Shown: positions 34,511 through 48,969, counted from the first letter of the stretch. The stretch is DNA of 64,000 nt from Antechinus flavipes (GCF_016432865.1 NC_067402.1:71734001-71798000); one strand, 5' to 3'. Made by a program: numbers and translations. The notes: generated from the sequence alone by a model not told the origin.

Positions 34511-36323
34511 ATAGTTGGAAAATATTGGCAAGTAGCTATTAAGCAAGGAAAGGCATAGATTACTTTCTGCAAATGAGATATAAAGGAAGGTTTGCTATGT
34601 AAGATGTCAGTGAGAAGCTTTGAGTATAATTAATCTCTAATTTGACAGAACAAGTAGGGAGTACCTAAGAGAAGACAGGAAGAGCTTAGGGATTGAGGTA
34701 AGTTGAATTGAACAAAGAGATACAAGATAATTACAGTTTTTATTTCTGATGGACTAGCTTATTAATAGATGATGTTCCAAGGTTGTTTGGAACATGAAAC
34801 TCACTTTAGAAATAGTATTATAAATAGTGGTTGGATTCTTAGCCAAGTTCATCCTTGAAACAAAAATACAAGCAAATAAACAAACTAACAAATATTAAAT
34901 ATTAAATACCAGTACATAATTGAACTGTCACCCATCAAAGTCCTACCCTAATGGCACAGTATGGCACAAAGTTCAACCTTGTACTTGAAGAATTTGTTAG
35001 CTATTGCATTGTAAAGATATGAGTATCAGTCTAAGTGATGGACTGTTGTTCAAAGACTAGTTTACCTGAATTTAAAAAGGATAAAACTGGAAAGTTGGAT
35101 AGCAATGGATGATTTTTTTCAGTCTCAGGTAATGAAGGATATTACCTACTGTTACATATAGTAGTTATGACTTTAGGTCTTGAAATCTGAAACAGATTGA
35201 GTATGACATGACCAACTAAGAGGATAATATTTTCGACGTTCCTCGTGTTCTCTTCTTAAGAGTTTTGCTGAAAAGATAAAGAGTTTCAACTATCTTAATT
35301 TTCTCAGAAAAGAAAACCTTAATGAAATAAAAATCCAGTGAATTAACTTCCTAGAAAAGTCATCCTTAACCTCTAATAAAATGGCACAGTACCCATTCCT
35401 TTAAAACTATGGCAGGGCTACCTAGATCAATGCGCTGGTTTGTTAAAGAACTGAATTGTCTTTTTCTCCATACCCCTTTCTACTCCCACTCACTTCCCAC
35501 TATTAAACTTCTCAGATGGGCTCAAAAAAACAATGGGGAAAAATTCTCTGGGCTGGAATCACTCTGTATTCCAATAAAACTCAACCTGAGAACTAAGTAA
35601 AAGTGAATATCCAGCATGGCTGTGTGGCATTCCACTAAGACTAAGGGAAAGAGCTAGACCAATTTATAGGATTATTAGATCAATTGTGTCCCTAGCAAAA
35701 GTCTTGGAGCAAGAAATAAAGCTGATGTGATAAATTGTACAGTGAAGAAGAGACTGAGATTATTTTGAGGTCTCCAGGAAACCTTAGTTAAAGGAAAAAT
35801 AGTCTGAAGGTAAGTGATAGTGAAATTTAAAGAGCAAAAATACACAATAAAAAGAAAACTGAATTAAATAAATTGAAAATAAGCAGATTAAGTCATAGGA
35901 ACATGTACTAATAGCCGAAGGGAATATGGTCTCTGAATCAACTATCTAGAATCTATACAAACATATTATAAGATATAGAAAAAATGAATCAAGACCTGGT
36001 GAGACAGGATCCTGGGGAAATCCAAGGGAGTATGGAACCAGAATGTTGTTTGTCATTAGCTTAACTGAAGAATGAGAATCATGAAAGCAGATTTTGTAAC
36101 CTCTACAAAGTTAATAGAAAAGATAAATTAAAATATATCTCATCAAATAAATAATAGAGAAAAACTGAGAAAAAAATACAGATAAAAGGAAGAATCAGAG
36201 AAGAAAATCAAAAAGCAAGCAACATTGAAAAGAAAATATGCTATACATCCTAACAAAACATTGAACTGAAAGGCAGAATGTATAGTGATAATTTAGAGAT
36301 TTTAGGAGGATACAAATTATTCT

Positions 36324-37014
36324 TTTTTTTAAACCTTTTTATTTTCAAAACATGCACAAATAATTTGACAACATTGACCTTTTCATAGCCTTATGTTTTA
36401 GATTTTCTCCTCCTTCCTCTCATCCCTTCCCCTAGATGGCAAGCAATCCAATATATGTTAAACATATTAAAATATATGTTAAATCCAATAAGTATAAACA
36501 TATTTATACAGTTCTCTTGCTGCACAAGAAAAATCTGATCATAAAAAGAAATTAAATGAGTAAATAAACAAAATGCAGGTGAACAACAACAAAAAGGGTG
36601 ATAATATTATGTTATGTTCCACAATCAGTTCCCACAATTCTCTCTCTGGCTACAGATAGCTCTTTTCATCACAAGATTATTGGAACTGGCATCAGTCATC
36701 TCATTGTTGGAAAGAGTCATGTTCATCAGAATTGATTGTGTATGATATTGATGTTGTCATGTACAATAATATCCTGTTTCTTCTCATTTCACTTCACATC
36801 AGCTCATGAATGTTTCGCCAGGCCTTTCTAAAATCATCCTGCTGGTCATTTCTTATAGAACAATAATATTCCATAGCATTCATATACCATAACTTATTCA
36901 GCCATTCTACAACTGATGAGCATTTGCTCAGTCTCCAGTTTTTGCCACTACTAAAAAAGGCTGCCACAAACATTTTTGCCCATGTGGGTCTCTTTTCCTC
37001 CTTTAAGATCTCTT
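36324..37014 (-). mobile_element. 5'-truncated marsupial L1 with 16-bp TSD
   Basis: poly-T start, cccctagatggcaag, gaacaataatattccatagcattcatatacc; TSD ggat(a/g)caaattattct at 36308-36323 and 37015-37030. Confidence 0.9.
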
Positions 37015-37569
37015 GGATGCAAATTATTCTAAAAAAGAAAAACCCAAATGGGTTTTATTTCTGCTGTATACTCCTTGTCAGTATATAGTTTGGTCTGTGC
37101 TTGTGACTGCTTATCTCTGCTCTGGATCTGTGACTAGGAACTGGATAGTGGTTTATAGAGCTGCCAGATGGCATCTATTTCTTTCCCCAGTGCTAGTTGA
37201 GGGATCCCTTGGGATCTCTTTCTGTCTCAGTATTGTTTTTCCTGCCCTGGTCCCTTGCCTAAACCCTCTTTCAGTCCCTGAACACTGGAATGCTCTGTAT
37301 TGTGCCCATTCATGGCTATATGCTATCCCCAAAGCCATCTGTTTTCAAAAACAGATAGCTATGAGCTTGGCAATGACTTAGTGAGACTTCTTGACTCCCC
37401 TGATCAGAATTCAGTTTGGTATATTTTCCAATCCTTTGTGGCAGAAGTTTGAGTGGGGAGTGACTATACTGGGTCTTCTGATTCAGCCATCTTTAGTCTA
37501 CCCTACAAATAAAGTTTTAAGTGTTCCAAGGTATTTTAAAATATAACTCAGTTGAGTCTAACATTGCAC

Positions 37570-39095
37570 ATTTTTTTTTTGCCCCTTCCTCCCCAACCCT
37601 AAACAGCAAGTAATCCAATATAGATTAAACATGTGCAATTAGAAGATTTTTTTAAGAATGAAAGAAAAAAATTAAATATCATCATGATAGACCAATTTGT
37701 CAAAACAATCTTAGATGATATGCAATATTCCATCTTAGGAGTTGTTCTTGCCCCTCAAAAATGATGGGGGGAAGTGTCTTTATATCTTTTCAATGGATCC
37801 AAGCTTGTTCTTTATAATTTCACATTATTCTTTTTTAATTGTTTTGTGGCAATTCCATTTAAATTGTTCTCATAATTCTGAGTAATTTTTCTGACTCTAC
37901 TTAGTTTAATCTTCATCATTTCATGGAAGTTTTGCTATGTCTTCTTTTATTTTATCATGTTTGTCAGATTGTTTTGGATAATTTTTTAAAAATTATTTTT
38001 AATTTATAGGATAAAATATATGATATAGTAAAATAAAAAGATTGGATGTGCAACTACAAATCTGCTATGCACAACTTGCAATTCCTTTCAAATATACAAG
38101 TATCATGTAATTGTTTTTTTTTTTTTTTCTTCCTTCTCCACTCCCATCTTAGAGATGACTACCATAAGATAAACACATACACACACATCTAATGTAAAAT
38201 TATTGTACCCATATTTCTATTTATGTTTTCTCTAGATATAAATAGTGTCTTTTTTCATGTTCTTTATATCTAATTTGAATATTTATAATGGGCAATAACT
38301 TATTTGCTCAAAGTTGTTCTTAAAACAGTATTGCTATTACTACATACAATATCCTCTTGGTTCTATTCATTTCATTCTTAATTTTGTCAAATCTTTCCAT
38401 CTTTTTCTAAAATCATTGATCTCATCATTCCTTATAGCATAGTAATGTTCTATCACAATCATATGCCACAATTTATTCAACCATTCCCCAATTGATGGGC
38501 ATCCATACAATTTCTAATTTTTTTTGCCACCATAAAGAAAGCCACTATACACATTTTAGATTGTATAGGTTCTTTTCCGTTTTCAGTAATCTTTTTTGGA
38601 AATTATCCAAGTAATGCCATTGCTGGATCAAAGGGCATAGGCATAATTGCAGAGTGTTCTCCAAAGTTATTGGATCATTTTTACTATTCCACAAATAATG
38701 AATTAGTGTCCCAATTTTTTTAATAACATTTCAACCTTTGTCACTTCTCCTTTCTATTATTTTAGCCAATCTGGTAGGCATAAATTTATATTTCAAGGTT
38801 GTTGTAATTTACATTTCTTTAATCATTTCTTACAGTAGAGTAATATTCTATTATATTCATGTGCCACAATTTATTTAATCAGAACCTATTGGATCAGCAT
38901 CTCATTTCTTCTTTGCTCTCACAGACAGTGTTTAATATTGTACACTTGGAGTCTGTCTTTGCCACTGACCTCCAGATGGGTATATCCTCTCATTGGACAC
39001 TCAAGGTCAAAGGAGGTGGACATTTTAGTCTATTTATTTGCAGCATTCCATTTGTTTTCCGGAATGATACAACTTCTTGCTCCCAGGATATGCTC
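37570..39095 (-). mobile_element. Stack of older L1 3' fragments
   Basis: caaccattccccaattgatgggcat, gctggatcaaagggcata, atatgtgccacaatttatttaatc. Confidence 0.7.
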
Positions 39096-39229
39096 ATTTC
39101 ACTTTAGAAGTTGAAATGGGTTGTAGGAGTTAACAACATTGGCTATCTCAAAGTATATATAACCAAGAATTTCTTATTATTTACACCCTGGTATCTTCAT
39201 ATGCTTTAGAAAAATGATCTTGTCCAAGG

Positions 39230-39400
39230 TTCGGTCCTTAAAACTCAAAGAGATATTAGTGGTGGTTATCTAATAAAATCTCCTCATTTTACACATGAGG
39301 AAAAGGAGAAGTTAAGCGACATATATGACAAAAAGTATCAGAGGGAGAATTTAAACACAGGTCGTCTGATTCCAAATCTAATACTCCTTCAATGTACCCT
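39230..39400 (-). mobile_element. MIR
   Basis: ctcctcattttacacatgaggaaa...atttaaacacaggtcgtctgattccaaatc. Confidence 0.65.
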
Positions 39401-40270
39401 GTAAATTGTCATAAATAGCAACATGAGTGTGTATTGTATTGAAGATATTAGAAGGAGTATTAGAGGGCAGCAATCAGAAAATGGCGCAGTACCTTTTATT
39501 TTGAGAGAAATACTTGAGATGGTGACAGGAAAGAAAAATCCTAGCTAATAAGATTTGGGAATTTAAGGGATTGTTCATATTTCTTTTGTGTTGATATGTG
39601 GTTTCACAGAGCCTAGAATAATGGCTGGTATGTAGTTGGTTTGTTACAAATATTACTTGACTGACTTAAAATTTATTATTGTTTCATGAGTTTCAATGGC
39701 TAAAGAACTGATTGCTTAAGGATCAGGCTATTGGGGATGAGCCTCTTTGTATTTAGCTAAGCTGCATGTATAAGCTCCTTGGCAGCTGAAGATCTGTCAT
39801 TAGAACTTGTGCTGGAAGTCTTTCTGATTTGGTTGAAGCTACCAGAACTTAGATTATGTTTGTTGAGATAACCTCTGAGAATGCAGGGTCATCTCTGAGC
39901 CATGATGAGGTAGCAGAGTGAGGTTTTTGTGGTAAGTTTGTACAAAGAAAAACATATTGAGCATAGAAAGAAAAAAATAATAAACCACCCAAACCAAATC
40001 TGGTTAACAGCAAATTTAGAAAATATATGTAAACTCTTTTTGAGTTTCCAAAGAGGCTTCACCTTAATATCAAATTATGATGAATTGACTTGAATATTAA
40101 AATGGTGAATCAGTACTTTGAAAAGATTGGAATAAATCATAAAATCTTGACTAATTCCCTTGTCATTATTCAGATCTAGGATTTGTTCTTATGTTACTGC
40201 ATCTAATAAAGATGGCAATGAGTATCATGGAAGCCACAGAATACAGAATATGAAATGTTTCCTGATTTAA

Positions 40271-40465
40271 NNNNNNNNNNNNNNNNNNNNNNNNNNNNNN
40301 NNNNNNNNNNNNNNNNNNNNNNNNNNNNNNNNNNNNNNNNNNNNNNNNNNNNNNNNNNNNNNNNNNNNNNNNNNNNNNNNNNNNNNNNNNNNNNNNNNNN
40401 NNNNNNNNNNNNNNNNNNNNNNNNNNNNNNNNNNNNNNNNNNNNNNNNNNNNNNNNNNNNNNNNN
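40271..40465. other. Assembly gap (195 N)
   Basis: N run. Confidence 1.
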
Positions 40466-40504
40466 CTGATTACAGGATACTATTCCTAATGTATATATTT
40501 TTAA

Positions 40505-40640
40505 TTAGTGGGTAGTTGGGGTTAAGTAACTTGCCCAGAGTCATATAGCTAGCGGATGTTAAGTGTTTGAAGCCAGATTTGAACTCAGTTCCTCCTGAGA
40601 GGTGCATGCTCTATCCACTATGTCATCTAGCTTACCCCTC
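40505..40640 (-). mobile_element. Short marsupial SINE (WSINE1/SINE1-like)
   Basis: ggggttaagtaacttgcccagagtcatatagctag...ccagatttgaactcag...ctctatccactatgtcatctagc. Confidence 0.8.
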
Positions 40641-41829
40641 CATTTCTAAAGTATTATAGAAGATTTTGGTATGGACTATAGAGAATGGGCCACAGATTTA
40701 ATCCCTTGGGAACTCAATAGATGGTTATCTATTCTCCTCTTTGTGACTGATCTTGGATCAAAAAAGGGAACTCAATTTTAATTCAGTGATTGTTAAACTA
40801 AAATTAAAATGGGAAAGAGTAAAAATAATATATTTCCACCCCTTGAAATGGAACTTTGCTGAAGTGGAAGAGAACCTATAAAAATCACTAATGTGTTTCT
40901 TTTAATATACTTGAAAGGTACTCAAGTTGGGGAAAAAAAAATCTAAATTTGAAAATTGACACTGAATTGGAAGTACACATAATATACAGCTAAAGAAAAA
41001 TTCTTGATCTTAATGGAAGAAATATGGTTCATTTTTTTCCTCTCTTATTTAGACACATATTAAAAGTAGAGTTAAAAAATACTGAATAGAAAGTATTTTA
41101 TTAAGATTAATTTCACATTCTATGATTTTTGAATTTTTCAAGTTCCAAATATTTTAATAAAAACAAACAAAAAAATGAAAACGAAAGTGATGAATAAAAA
41201 GATTTGAAAGTAAATACAAATGTCTAAGATTGATATTAATTGTAAAAATCTTTTGATTCATATGGTTACTGAAATACACAAATTCTAATTTTTATAGTAT
41301 AAGATCTTTTGATGACTGCTTGGTATGGCAGAAAGAGTCCATACTTGGAATTAGAAAATCTGAGTTTAAATTTGGCTTCTGCTCTTAACTAGAATAAGTG
41401 TTGACAAGTTTTAATCCCCTCTGAGCCCTATTTATGCCAGTTACATAAGATTTTGTAATTCTTATTGAAGAATTGACTTCCAGTAGATCCTTGAGATGCT
41501 TGAGAGAAGTTGCAGCTTTTCTTTTTTGTTATTACATACCATTGTCTAATGTGGAGGCTTGTATATAACAGGTGCTTAATAAATGTTATATTGAATTTCA
41601 CAAAAGTTACAATATGAAATTCTCTGAGGACAAGAGCCATGGCTAAATGTATTAGAAGTTCCCTGTTCCCAGGGAATTTGCAATTTGTTGGTAAACAAAA
41701 AAGTTAAAGCTTAGTTACTTAACTTAGTAACTAAGTTAAATGCTTATTTACTTGAGCATTAAGTAACCAGATTCAAGAGAGAGATATGTGGGTTAAGCCT
41801 AGGAAGATATTTTAGATAAGTAGAGAGAA

Positions 41830-43200
41830 TGGATTAGAGTAGTGATCCCCTCAAGTTATCCTTCAATATCCTTTCCCGCTTCACCTGTTAACATTTCAGA
41901 AGAGAATGTTCTCTATATTTAGCATATTTATTTCCTCACCATTCATATTCTTTCTAATCTTGTTAAAATAATTCATTTCAAGGTCACGAATTACCAAACA
42001 CTTGATAGCTAACTCCATTGACCTGATTTAGATCTCTCCTTTCCTTTATGAAGTATTTGATGGACTTTCTTTGAACAGTTTATTCTTCATTCACATCACT
42101 AGACTTAGAAACCTTTGCTGATTTTTTATCTTCTTTTATAGTTCAGGTATAGTGTGTTACAATCAAATATATGTATATATGTATACATGACATGTATATA
42201 ATACAGTATAAAGCACAATGGATTGTATATTCATGCATGTGAAACTCACATGCATGTGTCACACATATATGCATACATGTAGTAAATATGTATATATACC
42301 TACACACAAATACACACATATATATAAATATACGTACACAAATACATACACATGGCCATATGCATTTTAGATACCTAGATCTACGACCATATATCTCCCT
42401 AATCACTTTTTAAAACTCCAGTACTGCATTTCATTTCATGAGCTATGCAATTCCACATGAATATCTACCTCATTTCCATATATACCAAAGTGAACTTGTG
42501 ATTTTCCCCTCTGAAAATTTTGTTGGGAGCAAATCATTATTCTCCAATTAACACAAGCTTAGAAGCCTAATCTGATCCTTTCTGCCCCTCACATTCAATC
42601 AGTTGCCAAATTCTGTCAATTTTATTTTGCTAATATCTCGTGTATGTCTTTTCTCTACACCTATAATACCACAACCTTAGGTCAAGCATCGTCATTTTTT
42701 TGTTTCAAATATTGTAATGGTCTCCTAATTGGTTTTCTCTATTTCCTTCTGTCTCCCACCTTTTTTTTTTTTTTTTTAGTTCATTCCTTTCAAAGTTATA
42801 TAAATAGGATTCCTTAATGTCATAGTCTTATCATGTCACTCCCTTGCTAAAGAGCTGGTTCCTTGTTGCTTTTTGGATAAAATAAACACTTTCCAGTTTT
42901 GTTTTAAGTATCTACACAATCTAATCCCAACATACCTTTTCATCCTTATTTTTCATTATTCTTCTTTATATTCTTTCCTCTGGCTAAATTGAACTACTAA
43001 CTCTTCTCTCAACTTGACATTTTCTTAGCTTCGGCTCTGTGCTGCATATTCTTCTCTCATCTGTCTGTTAAAATGCTCTTCCACTTCAGTGGTCACCAAA
43101 TATAATATCTTTTACATGAAGTTTTCCTTAATTACTGATTTTTTCCCCATGCTTTTTTTTTCCCTTCCTTTTCAAATTTGCCTATAGCACCCAGGATTTT
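41830..43200 (+). mobile_element. L2 ORF2-3' fragment interrupted by an RY-rich tract
   Basis: tacctcatttcc...ccaaagtgaact...ccctcacattcaatcagttgccaaattctg...ttatcatgtcactcccttgct. Confidence 0.65.
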
Positions 43201-43540
43201 TCCTTTATTCCAATCAAGCCATGCATGACATAGCTATATTGAGCAGTGGATTGAACATAATACCAGAAATCAGAAAAACCCGAGTTCAAATTCAAGCTCA
43301 AACATTTACTAATAGTACAACATTGAGCATGTCATATAATCCTTGTTTTCCTCTTTTTCTTCGACTTAAAAGTATAGATAATAATAGTATCTAATACCTA
43401 AGATTATTGTGAATATCAGATAAGAAAAATATTTGAAAAATTTTTAGCATAGTGCCTAGGACATAATCCTGGCACATAATAGATGCTACATAAGTTTTAT
43501 TATTATTATTATTATTATCATCATTATTATCATTATAAGC

Positions 43541-43822
43541 TAATAGGTGGTATAGGGAATAGAGTACCAGATTCGGAGTGAGACTCATTTCTCTTCATTT
43601 CCCTGAGTTCAAATCTGGCGTAAGGCTAGCATTTACACTAGGTGTGTAAAATATAAAGTGTAAGAGTAAGTATAAAAACACTTAACCTTGTTTGCCTTAG
43701 TTTTCTCATTTGTAAAATGAGTTGGAAAAGAAATAACAATCTACTGTACTATCTTTGCTAAGAAAATCTCAAATGATGTCATGAGCAATTAAGCATGACA
43801 GAATAATGATTGAATAACAACA
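43541..43822 (+). mobile_element. MAR1-type SINE
   Basis: ctgagttcaaatctgg; ttgtttgccttagttttctcatttgtaaaatgag; tatctttgctaagaaaatc. Confidence 0.75.
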
Positions 43823-44808
43823 ATTATAGCTTTAGTTATTGTTTATTTCCATGCCAATTTTCCTTATTTATATCTACCAACCTAACACATTGGTGGGCAC
43901 TCCATAAAACATTGGATTGATGATGTGTAAAACAATAGGTCTGTAATATAAAGTTTATCAGAAAATAACGGAAAATTATTTTGAAAGTTTGAGTTACAGA
44001 AAAATCATCATCAGAGTTTTTGAACAATAAACAAAGAAGTTTGAATTTGATTATGTCAAAAAAAAAAGTTACCTTCAAATAATTTATATTGGACTGTTGC
44101 TTAAGCTCTTAGGGAAATGCTCTAAGTTCTTGAATAGAGGAATGGGAATGACCTGAAGAAACTTAGATTTCAGTAATACTTCTCCAACAATGAGACTGCA
44201 AACCATCCTTGCCTGCATAACTTATGTGATTCTTGGCCAACTTCTTTCTTAAATTTGCCACAGGGGAACTATATAATATACATAGAATTTTATTCTTTTT
44301 TTTCATATTGTGTAGATAATAGAACACATGGTACAATTGGTCATCTCTCTATACTGTTGGCCCATCTATTTTTCTGGTCATATCTTTATCTGATGATATC
44401 TTTACACCATTTCTCCTATGTAATTCCTCATTTATATTATGTTTAAACTTTTTTGGGGCTTGATACTCACCTTCCTTTTGCCTTTGGGGCAAAAATACCT
44501 TTAATTTTTCAGCAATTGCAGTATTTTATGATACAGGAAAATATCAACTTTGGAGGAAAAAATATTACTGTCAAAACAAATGGGTTTTTGGGAGGGATAA
44601 GAGAGGGAAGTATGGGAGTCATTTAAAGCTATGTGAAGAAAGGGATCCATCATATTCTTTTGAATTCTGGCCTTGGAAGAAAGCAAAATTTGGAGAAAAT
44701 TATTCTTATATGTAAGACAGATAGATTGGAACAAGGGTATATTTCAGATCCTATATATACATGAATATAGATTTATATACACATACCTACATGCATACAT
44801 AAACACAC

Positions 44809-44810
<2 letters not shown>

Positions 44811-44844
<34 letters not shown>

Positions 44845-44862
44845 CCACCACCACCACCACCA
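44811..44862. repeat. (CA)n-(CCA)n compound microsatellite
   Basis: direct. Confidence 0.97.
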
Positions 44863-47800
44863 TCAAATCCTATTCTTATGATTCATTGTGCTAAGTAAAA
44901 ACAACATTCTCAAAAACTGTGCCAGTGGAACATATTGTACCTAATTGGAATGGATATGATGGTGGTATGGTGTTTGTCTGTTATTCAAGGATCAGTCTAC
45001 CCAAAGACATATTTATTGCCAGATTAGCCACAGGGTTTAATTTTTTTTTTTTGGTCTCAACATTATAATCTGTTAAGTTTTAAAAGGATTTTATGATCTG
45101 CATTGTTAGAGTAAATATCTATACCAACAAAATTACATATCTGGTAATAGTAAACTTTATTCAAAAAGGTAATCTTTGTTTTCACTAATTTTAGACTTCC
45201 AACATCTCAATTGCTTAAACAGAAATAATTACTCCAAAAGTCCATGTTCTATTTTAGAGTCAGAAAATGTGGCCTCTAGGTCACTTTTGGTTGATAGTCT
45301 TGAGCTAAGAATATTTTTTATATTTTAAATAAAATTTTGTTTTAATGTAAAATTATTCTTAGCTTGCAAACCTTATAATAAGAGGGTAGATAGTACATTT
45401 GGCTTCCAGATTTAGTGTGCTCACATCTTGGGTAGTTTTATGGGGATACAATCAGGTCAAGTGGTTTTTAATGTAAATACAGTTGGGCCTATTCCTAAGC
45501 AATTCAGCCACCAAATTTATTAGATGAATGTGCATAGATAGTGTATCTATTCTTCTCTAAGTAATCTTAGTGCTCCAGAATCAAGGTATTAAATAGAATA
45601 CACATATATTATATCCATACATATACATAAACACACACACATACACCATTGGTTTATGCAATTTATTTGACTTCATAGATATAGAATATGGTACATATTT
45701 ACTCAATAGCAACATGGGGGGAAAAACACAAAAAGCAAAACAAAGATGACTGTGGTAGAACCCTCTTAATTTCTTTTGAAGAGGAACTTTGCAGGTCTCT
45801 AGCTTTGTACTTTGTACTTTATTTTCCCTGTCTCATTCAGGAGTTTCATACATAATCCTTATGCCATGAAGTTCTGATGGTAGAAGACAGAGTATTTGGT
45901 CAGTACATACCCTTAACATTTTATATCTGAAAAGAAATTCTGAAATAATTTATTGACCTATGGATCATGGCCTAGTAACTCATGGAAAAGAAAGTATAGG
46001 TTATCAGAAGAGGTGAAAGGAGGAACTGCAGTACAACAGGAAAGAATATTAACCTCTCTATATAATTTTCTTTTGGGTAATTCCATTTGGCCTGCTACTC
46101 CTTCAAATTTAGTGTTCTGAGCATAATAGCTGAACATATTTTGTTCACCTATTTTATCATGATATATATCATGATAATATTTTGTAAATTCCTAAAATAT
46201 TCTCTCTCTCGCTCCATATATGTATATATATGCATATATATATGTATATGTATATATACGCATATATGTGTGTGTCTGTGTATTCTTTAAGGATTTTTCT
46301 TGGTTTTGGAAATAATTGCTTTAATTGAAAAATAAAGGGGACATATCATTCTTTTTATTCAAGAAGCCATAAACTTCTTAATAAAATATTTATAGTGACT
46401 ATTTACTTCATATGATTTATACTTTTGCACATATAATAAAAATACCAACACACACTGAAAGGGAATTAAGGTCAGTTTTACTTTAGTAACTTTAAAATAA
46501 ATTAAATAAAAAAAGTAAAAACTAAACTATGTAAGTCATTTAACTTCTTAAAATGAGTAAACCAAAATAAGATAATAAGTTTGTATTTTTAAGAATGTAG
46601 CTAACAGAGAGTCATATGAGAATGTCCTAATGATTGGCTGGACCCTTTTGGATCTGAGAAATGTTCTCTTTATATCAGATACACTACTGTTTTTTTTTTT
46701 TTTTCTGGAAAATAGAAACCTTTTTACAGTCAGTGTGAAAACTGAAATATGCCAAATAATTACTGTAATGATGGAAATAGTTGGAAATGCAATGTACAAT
46801 TTCATATTAAATCAAAGTCAGAGTGTTCTTTGGCTTGGCTTGCTAATGCTTTCTGCAACCGTAAAATTTGGCTGCAACACTGCAATACAATACCGGTGAG
46901 AAAACGCTGGGATTATTACCATGCTTAAAAAAAAATAGGAATGAAAGGGGAAAAAAAGAAAAGAAAATAACCAATGCATGCAAAGAAATGCATACTTACT
47001 CCCATGACCATCAAAACATCATAGCTCTTTTGGAATAAAACTGCAGCCTGTGGACAGGAGGTATGCCATTTGTGTTAATATCTCTGGGTGCTGAAAGTTT
47101 TCATCTGGCATGGGTCCTGATGGAGAACCCAGAGACGTTTTGCTTTTCCTAGCTCCCTGGAAGAATTCACATTCTTCTTCTTTTTATTTTTTTAAACAAT
47201 CTGCAGTTTATTCTTCCTCAGTTTTAAAGTGGAACCACAAAAAACACAGAACATTTGACAGAATATGTCAAAAGTCAAACCCAAGAATGCTGGGCTCATC
47301 CTGAGGACAAAGCTCCCAAGTTAATAATGGTGCTCCTACATTAATAATTGCTGCATTGGGTATAGGATCCCAAAGGTCCTGCAAGTTTTCCTCTACTGTT
47401 AAAATCCTTTTATCTTTCTTTTCTGGCCTTTCTCTTGGCTAGGGCAGTAAGAGTTTAAGTTGAATTCCATGGAATGAAACATACAAAAAGTCAGAGTTTT
47501 TCCCTCTCTCCACCCTCCTTGGATTGCACTGTAGAGCAGCCTTTTTTTCTAAGAAGGATAAAAAGACAAAAAGAACAAACAAAATGAAAACCACATAAAA
47601 CAATGACTAGGTACAAAATCATTTGTTTCCTTGAACCTAAGCCCTGTTTTGTTTAAGTAGAGTTCCAAACTTGGTGTATGCTTTTTTGGAGTGTTGCCAA
47701 TTCACATAAATATTTTTATTTCATGTTGGGTTATTTTTTCCCTTCTTCACTGCACTGCCCTATCCAATATTTTGTGTAACTGAATTATTATGTAATTATA

Positions 47801-48179
47801 ATTATGTATTATGTAATCCTCAACAATCTCCTTTTCCTGGCTTCTTCCTATTACAGGTCATCTCTTTAGTTTCATGTAAAGAACAGAGGCCTAATTAAGA
47901 TTCAAAGACCTTAATTTCATTGAGTAGGGTCTGTATGTAAGTACTTTATTTATAAGCAGTGATGACTACTCTTTATTGGATGTTTAGTTTAAAGAAATCA
48001 CATAGCAAATATTTATTTGGCATATACTATTCTGAGGTTCTTTGCTGTATTTTGATAAGAACAAAAACATCACTTATTTTTTTAGGCAGATTTTTTAAAT
48101 TTTATTTTATGTATTTAAATAGATCTTCAGAAATTAACTGATTTTTTCCCCCATCAGCACAGCAGTGATCATTTTCTAC

Positions 48180-48330
48180 AGCATTTCTTAACTTTTTTTG
48201 TATGTTTATCATGGATTCTTTCTCAGAATAACATTTTAAAATACATATAATGAAATTCATAGAATTACAAAAGAAACCAAATATATTAAGTATAATTATA
48301 ATTTTTTAAAATGAATTCACCCAGTTGTAA
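48180..48330 (-). mobile_element. Non-autonomous hAT-Charlie DNA transposon (Charlie4z/OposCharlie-like)
   Basis: ttctcagaataacattttaaaatac...aattacaaaagaaaccaa; antisense to 57639-57820. Confidence 0.55.
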
Positions 48331-48969
48331 CTTGGATCTTTAATTTAAAAACACTTCTTTAAGCCAATATTAGTTGACTTGAAAGGCTATTTGGCATAAT
48401 GGATAGACAAATAGGAAAACTTGTGTTCCAATTCTATTTCAACTAACTCACAAACTTTATACTCTCAGTTCATTTTAAACAGTGAATAACCTCAGTTACT
48501 TTAAAAAAAAATAAGTTCTCTTGTAAATTCAATAGCAAGCAAAGGTATAGTGTTTTTAATCTATATAGATTATGTCTCAGAAGAGGTCAAATGTTTAAGT
48601 ATATTATTGCCAAAAATCAGCAAAGGAAAAATGAGATTTTATGCCTACTCTACACTTGATATCCTTGCTAGGCCACTAGAATTGAAAATAGAACAGCAGT
48701 TTACTAAATGAAAGTATGTGTATCTAATTATGTGCATAAGTGACAGGCCAAGATTGCAACATCTGGTACTTTTGTGTAACCCCTGAATACCTGTCTCCAG
48801 GCTTGCCAATTGAGAGAAGCATTTTGGAAACCATTATTGAAAAGAAAACAATACTCTTAGGGCTAAAATGACAGGTGGCTGAGAAGAGACAGGGCCCACT
48901 TCCTGTTCTCTTGAGTCTCCAGGGAAGAAAGCTTCATTTTTCCATTTTGTTTTAATGTTTTAGGGGAGA

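Noticed and set aside
37013-37381. 122-aa ORF
   Set aside because: Starts in an L1 TSD, no recognisable domain, probably old repeat sequence.
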